From Eledone cirrhosa (lineage: Eukaryota): DNA of 64,000 nucleotides. The stretch lies in NCBI GenBank assembly GCA_964016885.1, contig OZ024746.1:17360001-17424000 (forward strand), written 5' to 3'. Made by a program: the position numbers and the translations under genes. Of the stretch, positions 56,130 to 64,000 are shown piece by piece; position 1 is the stretch's first letter; each line of letters begins with the position of its first letter. Below the pieces are notes generated by a model. That model was not told the origin of the DNA, ran no database searches, and was given only the letters and a program-made list of their open reading frames with translations.

Positions 56130-56369
56130 AGTTGTCTTCATCACTACCATCTAAGCAATCATCATCACCATCACACTGCCAGGATTTTGTGATACACACT
56201 TGATTCTTGCAAACAAAATCTTGATCAGAACATTCTCCATTGCTTGTTTTCGTACAATTAGCTTCATCTGAATGATCAACACAGTCATAGTCTCCATCAC
56301 AGAGCCAGTTAGGATTTATACAACTTTGGTTCCCACAATGAAACTCACCCGGTTTACATGTACGAGGTT
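56130..56369 (-). CDS. Exon with two LDLa repeats
   Basis: [35 protein letters not shown]...[34 protein letters not shown]; 240 nt. Confidence 0.92.
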
Positions 56370-56552
56370 CTAAAAGATATGGAAAAAACAGAGGAGGCCA
56401 TAATTAGTTTCTTGATTATAAGGAATAATAATAGTTACATTAATTACAATAATAATTTCTTTATTTATATAATTACAGTAATACAAACATGCTTCAAACA
56501 TTTAATGTAACTTTATAAACTGATATGAATTGTATAGCTGTGTGTGTATATA

Positions 56553-56621
<69 letters not shown>

Positions 56622-56627
<6 letters not shown>

Positions 56628-57015
56628 GAAGCAAGTATGCTCCATTGGATGTGCAATGTCAACGTGCATGAACGTGAACGACCAAGCATAAACGAGTTGA
56701 GAAAGAAACTGGGTATAAGAGGGATAAATTGTGATGTGCAGGAGAGAAGACTGAGATGGTATGGACATGTGATGCGCATGGAGGATGACAGATGGGTGAA
56801 GACGTGCCAGGAAGTCCCAGTAGAGAGAAGACGCAGTAGAGGTAGATCGCGAAAAACATGGGCGGAGGTGGTGAGAGCAGACCTGAGATCGCTGAAACTC
56901 ATCGAGGAGATGACGAAGGACCGTGACAGGTGGAGAGATGCTGTGCTGAATAGGACCCGTCCAACCCTTGCAAGCAGGGAAAAGCGGATGTAAAATGATG
57001 ATGATGATGATGTTG
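56622..57015 (+). mobile_element. RTE-like 3' fragment
   Basis: Same C-terminus and tail as the 47279 element. Confidence 0.85.
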
Positions 57016-57948
57016 ATGATAGAGAGAGAGATTTCTATGTATGATACACATCACACACAAACACCCCCACTATCATCTTCATTGTTTTTACGTCCACTTT
57101 TCCATGCTGGCATGGGTTGGAGAGGATGTTTTGAGACAATGTTGTACAGTCAGATGCTCTTCTTAACACCAACCTTTTTTTTATCAACTCTTACATGTAG
57201 TCATATGATATACTCATTCTAAAACTGACACAAACACACATCACCACCACTGTCATCATCATCATCATCATTTTACATCTACTTTTCCATGCTTGTTGGA
57301 TGGGTCTTTTCCTGCACATCTTTCCACTTGTTGCAGTTCTTCATCTCCTCTGTGAGAGTCAGTCATTTGTGATTGGCCTTCACCTCTACTGACATTTTTC
57401 TTGGTTTTCCTTAACAGCAGCTTTCTTCCACAGGGATTTTCTGGCATTCATTGTCCATATGCATCCCATGTCGATACCAGAGCAGTCTTCACACTTGCAC
57501 ACTTCATCTAATTCCTTTTATATCCAGCTAATCATATATACCCACTATACACACACATATTTATATATATTATGGGTTTCTGCAAATTTTCATCATAATC
57601 AACCATCATTTTACGTTCGTTGTTCCATGCTTGCACGAGTTGAACGGGTCCTTCTCTGTACAGCATCTCACCGCTTGTTGCGTTCCTTTGTCATCTCCCC
57701 AGCAACCTTTTATGAGGTTGCGAGTTCGATTCTCAGACCAGGTGATGTATTATGTCCTTGGATAAAACACTTTATTTCACGTTGCTCCTGTTTGATTATA
57801 TCAACTATGGAAAGACTAACATTGTTTCCTTGGTCTGATTTGACGAGTACCATCCCACTCAGTAAGTGAATGAGATCTGGGATCTTGTCAATCATTAAAA
57901 AAAAAAAAGACCCAAATGTAATTTCTAGAAATAGTGAAAGTAACTCAC

Positions 57949-58065
57949 GGCAATTCTCCTCATCAGAATGGTCAAAACAGTCGTTCTCGCCATCACAAAC
58001 CCATTCACTGTTGATACAGTCGCCATTATCACAACGGAATTGCTTCTGGACACACTTGTTTGGAA
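57949..58065 (-). CDS. LDLa repeat exon
   Basis: [38 protein letters not shown]; 117 nt. Confidence 0.92.
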
Positions 58066-58112
58066 CTGAGGAAACATAGAAGGCAAAAACCTCAAATTAT
58101 AAAGTTGAATGA

Positions 58113-58187
<75 letters not shown>

Positions 58188-58314
58188 TGGACAGACTCAC
58201 AAGACAGATAGATAAATAGACAGACAGACAATCATATTAGTAGATCAATTTACAGGCAGATAAACTGCAGTTATGACATGTCGAGGAAAGAATTAAGTTT
58301 TAATTAACACATAC

Positions 58315-58431
58315 CACAATCTTTTTCATCTGTTCCATTCTGGCAGTCATTTTGTCCATCACATAACCACTCGAGTGTGATACATAAACCGGTTTCACAG
58401 GCAAACTGATCAGTGGGACAACGGCGTTCAG
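58315..58431 (-). CDS. VLDLR/LRP8-like receptor, LDLa repeat exon (gene continues upstream beyond window)
   Basis: [38 protein letters not shown]; 117 nt, phase 1-1, AG/GT. Confidence 0.92.
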
Positions 58432-58639
58432 CTAAAAAAGAAATAGCCAGTTTATGTCTTGTACATCAAAATGAGATGTGCTTGGAGAATGGAATGGAAG
58501 TCAGGAGATCGGTGAAAGTGTCAACAGCTAGTCATGAAATCAGTAAACAGAATTAGCAAATATAACACTAGTTATAATATAACAGCAGTTATATCCCTTC
58601 TAGGAAATTTCAATAAAATGAAGTAGGTATTTTTTAATA

Positions 58640-61590
58640 ATAATAATAATGAAATTATTGTGTACAGTGCTCAGGTGCACTACAACTCATCAAAGGTGCA
58701 TGTATAGTACATAGAATAATGTACAAATGTCAGGAAAATGAACAGTGTATGAGTCATGATATAATAATAACAATAACAATAATAATGAAATATTGTGTAC
58801 AGTGCTCAGGTGCACTACAACTCATCAAAAAGTGCATGTACAGTACATAGGGCAATGCACAAACATCAGGAAAATGAACAGTGCACGAGTCATGATACAC
58901 ACATGTGTGCATGTGTATGGAAGGGGTACATCAGGTGTAGTTTTGGCGTATTTCGGGAAGCATGAGTGTCTTAAAGGATGCAGTGTCTCGGGAGCTAACA
59001 ACTGACGCAGGCAGTTTGTTCCATGCTTCAGCAACTCTGAGCGTGAAAAAATGTCTGCGAAAGTCATGGGAGCTGTGCTGTTTTCTTATCTTGTAGGCAT
59101 GTCCACGTGTGTTAGACACATGGAGATCAAAGAGGCGCTCAGGGTTGCAGTTGGCGAGATGGTTAAAAACTTTGTGGGTATTCACCAAGTCCATTGCCAG
59201 ACGTCGGAGCTTCAATGAATCCATGCCCAGGGAAGCAAGGCGTTCAGAGTATGGTAGGTGTCTGATGGAGGGTATGCGCTTGGTTGCACGTCTCTGAACA
59301 GTTTCCAGGAGGTCAATGTTCCGAGCAAGATAGGGGTTCCAGACTGATGATGCGAATTCCAAGTGTGGTCGCACCATAGCTGTATACAGTTTTAAATAGA
59401 TGGCTGGAGAGCGGCTAACAAAGGTCTTGCTGAGTGATGCCAAGACACCCTCGGCCTTCTTGACAATCTTAGAGACATGCTTTGTCCAACGCAAATCGTT
59501 GCTGACAGTAATGCCCAGGTCACGTTCACAAGAGGACTTCTTGATATCAGTGTTGTGGAGGGAGTATGTGGACGCTGGATTTTTCCTTCCAAAATGCATG
59601 GTGGTACACTTGTCCACAGCCAGCTTCAGTTGCCAGTCTGTGATCCATTGCTGCATTGTGTCCAGGTCTGATTGTAGGAAAGAGTTGTCAATTTCAGGAT
59701 CAGTCCTTTTGATTTCAAGGTACAGCTTGATGTCATCTGCATATTTTAGTACCGTGGCATTCTGTAAGTTGGCATCTATGTCATTAATATATGCCACAAA
59801 CAAAAGAGGACCAAGAACAGATCCCTGTGGTACACCAGATGACATCTCATATGGTGAAGAATGCTGTCCTAGAACCGTGACTACTTCCTTTCGGCTGAGA
59901 ATGAAGGATTTCAGCCAGTCGAAAAGATCATCCCTCACACCCATTGCAGAGAGTTTTGCCATAAGTCTTTTGTGTGGCACAGAATTAAAAGCCTTAGCAA
60001 AGTCAAGGTAAACAACATCCACCCATGAGCCGCTGTCAGTGATCCGGGTGATGTCCTCAAGGAACTCGATAAGCTGATCACAGCAGCTGGAGTTAGGGAT
60101 AAATCCAAACTGTGAGGGCCGGATGAGGCTGTGAGAGCTCCAGAAGTTTCAAAGTGTTTCTCTGACACAGGATTCCATTAGTTTGGCCATACAGCTAGTA
60201 AGACTGACTGGACGATAGTTGACAGGTGACATGCGGTTGCCCTTTTTGAACAGGGGAATGACACTGGCAGTTTTCCACTGCTCCAGAGTAGCACCATTGC
60301 TGAGACAGTATTGAAAGAAAAAAGAAAGCTGGCGCAAAAGGAAATCCCCGCCACGTTTGAGAAGCAGGTATGTCACACGATCAAGACCAGGGGAGGCATA
60401 GTTGCGCTTATTCTTAAGGTGACGTCGCAACATTGCAGGTGTAAATTCCATAGTTGTTATGGAATTTGATGTTAGAGATGGTGGAGATGGTACATTCTGG
60501 TTTTCAACAGTAAAAATACTTGCATAGCACTCAGCAATGAGTTCTGCGCATTCCTTGGGATCGTCAGTGATCTGGCTTGTGTGGGGATTGCGAAGAGGAC
60601 CAACTGGAGAGTGAGGTCTCTGCTTTGAATGAACATATTTCCAGAACACCTTACTGTCAGGATTGGTTGCGATGCACTGTTCAAATTCAAGCACTGCCTT
60701 CTTTGTCACTTGCTTGAGATGGTTAGAAGATTTATTCCGCTTTTTTCTGTTGGCATCTGATCTATGCAGTTTATATTCCCGTTCAGCGTTCCGACGTTCT
60801 TTCCTGGCAAGTCGGACCGCTGAAGTTTCCCAGATTGCACTTTTGGGGTGGTTATTTTTCCGCTTCCGTGGCACTGATGCTGCACACGCTATCCATATTG
60901 AGTCCAGGATGCTCTGGAGTATAGAGTTCACATCTCCAGAGTTATACATCTCATGCCAGTTTGGGCGCTGTAGCTCAGTGCAGTACAAGTTCCAATCCGC
61001 CCTCTTCCAATCAAAGCAAGCAGATTGGAGATGGCTCTGGTTTTTGTTGCTGCCCTCAAGTGCCAGATTGGCAATGATCATAGCATGATCAGAGTCGCCT
61101 AGAGGTTCCTCAGTAGTACAACTGATAACCACTTCAGGAGTAGTGGTGAAGATCAGGTCCAAAGTGTTGTCACCTCTTGTTGGAGAGGTGACTACTTGTG
61201 ACCAGTTTGAGTCCAGCACTAGTTCAAGGAAATCGTTTGCACCCTGTGGCCAACGAAAGGTTTCCCAATCGATCTCAGGATGATTGAAGTCACCTGCAAT
61301 AAACACATAAGTGGCTGTTTTCTTGGCAGCAACTCTGAGGATATCGCAAAGCTGTGTGTCCTGATGGTAGTTTGGGGGGCGATAAACAACACCAAGCAGA
61401 AGTGTTGACATGGTCATACGTATGTCACAGAAAAAAACTTCTTCCTGTGATTCGTTCAAATCAACGCAAGGAATTACCGAAAAGTTTGAACGAACGTAGA
61501 CCATCACACCACCACCACGGCGGTTAATGCGGTCCTTGCGGAAAAGGTTGTACCCAGTAATGGTGAAAACCCCATCACAGAGTAAGGAAT
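58640..61590 (-). mobile_element. CR1-like LINE, 5'-truncated ORF2 (APE endonuclease + RT) with 3' UTR
   Basis: GDFN and SDH endonuclease motifs, YRPVSLT, LDFAKAF, PQGSVLGP, YADD; one in-frame TGA at 60149-60151 separates the two listed ORFs; (ATT)n tail. Confidence 0.93.
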
Positions 61591-61793
61591 ATTGATCTTA
61601 TTAGATAAAAATAATTTTGATCTTATTAGAACCTTGGTTATTTATTGTTTTTTTTTTATTTTTTATCAGGTTATAAGATATACCCAGTGTTTGTTTTTGT
61701 TATTTTTCAAAGATAAATATCAATATTGGTATTAATTAGATATTAAACTAAACTAAATTATGTGTGTGCGTGTATATATATATATATATATAT

Positions 61794-62170
61794 GGAGGCA
61801 CATGGCTTAGTGGTTAGAGCATTGGCCTTGCAATCGAAAGGTTGTGAGTTCAATTCTCAGACCGGGTGATGTGTTGTTTCCTTGAGCAAGACACTTTATT
61901 TCACATTGCTCCAGTTTACTCAGCTGTAGAAATGAGATGATAGGACTGGGGTACCTATCATTCCACTGCAAAGTGGTCGTGGAGGTGCCACGGCAAAAAA
62001 GCCCCCAGCCCACACTGTAAAGTGGACGTGTAGGCGCCACGGCAAAAAAGCACCCAGCACTCACTGTAAATGAGGTTGGTGTTAGGAAGGGCATCCAGCT
62101 GTAGAAATCAAGCCAGAATCAGTTCCCGTCCCACCCTTGCAAGCAGGGAAAAGCGGACGTAAAATGATGA
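61794..62170 (+). mobile_element. tRNA-headed SINE with RTE-derived tail (copies 46153-46497, 30595-30955)
   Basis: A box TGGCTTAGTGG, B box GTTCAATTC, central CCTTGAGCAAGACACTT, tail identical to the RTE 3' end. Confidence 0.8.
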
Positions 62171-62421
62171 AAAAAAAAAAATATATATATATATATAAGG
62201 TAAAAAAATGAAATCGAAAATGCAACTGGAGTCTTTTTTTTTTTAAATATATATTTATTTGGTTCCTTTACCGGTTTCGCAGTTCCGGTAAAGGAACCAA
62301 ATAAATATATATTTAAAAAAAAAAAGACTCCAGTTGCATTTTCGATTTCATCTTTTTTCCTTATACTTTCACTTATGTAGGACACCTCGGTTATTTTTCA
62401 TTTTGTAAAAAAAAACCTCAC

Positions 62422-62462
<41 letters not shown>

Positions 62463-63196
62463 CATCATCATCATCATTTAACGTCTATCTTCTACGCTAG
62501 CATGGGTTAGGCGGGAGTTGTCCCACTTGAGGCAAGATTGGTTGGGTGACTGTGTCTCGCTCGTATAGGACTATCTGGCAGGTTTTCTACGGCTGAATGC
62601 CCTTCCTAACACCAACCACATTTACAGTGTGGACTGGGAGTTTTTTACTGTTACCTACAAGGCCACATTACAGCATGGACTGTGTTTTTTTTGTCATGAC
62701 ACCCACACGACCTCTTTAGTTTGGACTGGATGTTCTGTTGTACCAACATAACTTTATAGAGAAAGGGTGGTGTTGGCGTGAGTGGGAGGATGGAGTAGGG
62801 GTGGTACATATATTTGGTTAAGAGGTGCCTACTGACTGGAGGTTAACTTTGCACGTAGCGAAGGCGGGTCTTCTGTATTACTGCGTGGTGCCAAAGATCT
62901 CGATCCAGTGACATTGCCGTAGAGAGGTGCAAGGTCAGAGTTTACAATGTCGTCCCAGGGTTTTCTGTGTCTACCTACTCCGTAACTTCCATCATATATA
63001 TATATATATATATTTGGAAAGTTATATTTAAATTGTTGGGTTACAACTAGTAAATATTTATAACTGATATAAAAGCACTCAACAAGTATTTGGAGTATAT
63101 TTACGATATTAAATAAATGGTTAATATGATATCCCTGAAATATATATAATGAAATAAATATGGTTTTATAAATATAGTTTCTATTTATTTAATATC

Positions 63197-63257
<61 letters not shown>

Positions 63258-63585
63258 AAAATGAGGTGTTTTTAAAAGAAAAAAACGAGATGTCCTACAC
63301 AAGTGAAAGTATAAGGAAAAGAAATCAAAAATGCAACTGGAGTCTTTTTAAGAATATTTATTTGTTTCCTTTACCGGTTTCACAGTTCTTATGCTTTTCA
63401 AAGGTAGAACTGAGATGGCGGGCTTGTGGATTTTTCTTACATCGCCAGATGCAAGAAACAAATGAAGGAAATAAATAAATATTCTTAAAAAGACTCCAGT
63501 TGCATTTTTGATTTCTTTTCCTTATATATATATATATATATAGTAATAATAAATGTGAAGACTAAAACTTTAATCTGTACTTATG

Positions 63586-63641
<56 letters not shown>

Positions 63642-64000
63642 TTATATATATATATATGAAGTATTTCCGTCGGAAAGGTACAGGAAAAAAGAGTGCTCTA
63701 TGTAGGCTACAGAGCTTATATGTATGGATATGTGTATATGTGTGTGTATATATGTATGTGTATATACACGTGCGCGTATGTATAGAGCCTTTTGTGTTCG
63801 TATGTATGTATGTTTATGTGTGTGTCTACCCTCTTTTTTTGTGTGTGTTTGTGTGTTCATATATGAATGCATATATATTTGTGTATATGTGTGTGTATGT
63901 ATTTATGTGCCTGTTCGTATTTCCATGTAGACGCAAATACGCTTATGTGAGAAAGTATACGTCTACGTACTATTACGTATATGTGCGTGGTTGAGTGTGT

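Noticed and set aside
60149-60151. TGA in CR1 ORF2 as programmed readthrough or an editing-rescued Trp codon
   Set aside because: Simplest explanation is a TGG>TGA mutation in a 5'-truncated dead copy; the site lies outside the duplex with the other copy
61794-61866. tRNA gene
   Set aside because: A and B boxes are present but continue into a SINE body repeated elsewhere; no complete cloverleaf

Overview
AT-rich, microsatellite-laden eukaryotic DNA; the SINE, MITE and LINE repertoire looks like an octopod cephalopod (inference). Two convergent multi-exon genes can be reconstructed with consistent GT-AG phases. On the + strand are the last 10 coding exons of a CEP135-like centrosomal coiled-coil gene (335-10025), whose predicted stop lies in the first unit of a 2.2 kb higher-order 40-bp minisatellite. 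On the - strand are 18 exons of a VLDLR/LRP8/lipophorin-receptor-like gene (58431 down to 28681): 6 LDLa repeats visible, EGF-A/B, YWTD propeller, EGF-C, Ser/Thr domain, TM and FDNPVY. Introns hold two near-identical inverted CR1-like LINEs, a Penelope-like element, RTE fragments with a PHD finger, tRNA-SINEs and MITEs. The main hidden signal is about a dozen hammerhead-ribozyme motifs. Most sit in short fold-back palindromes inserted in (TA)n tracts, and several of these inserts share an upstream AGCACTC motif. One large hammerhead with a canonical core (46948-47075) lies in sense orientation inside an intron of the receptor gene. All structures were paired by eye and none is tested.
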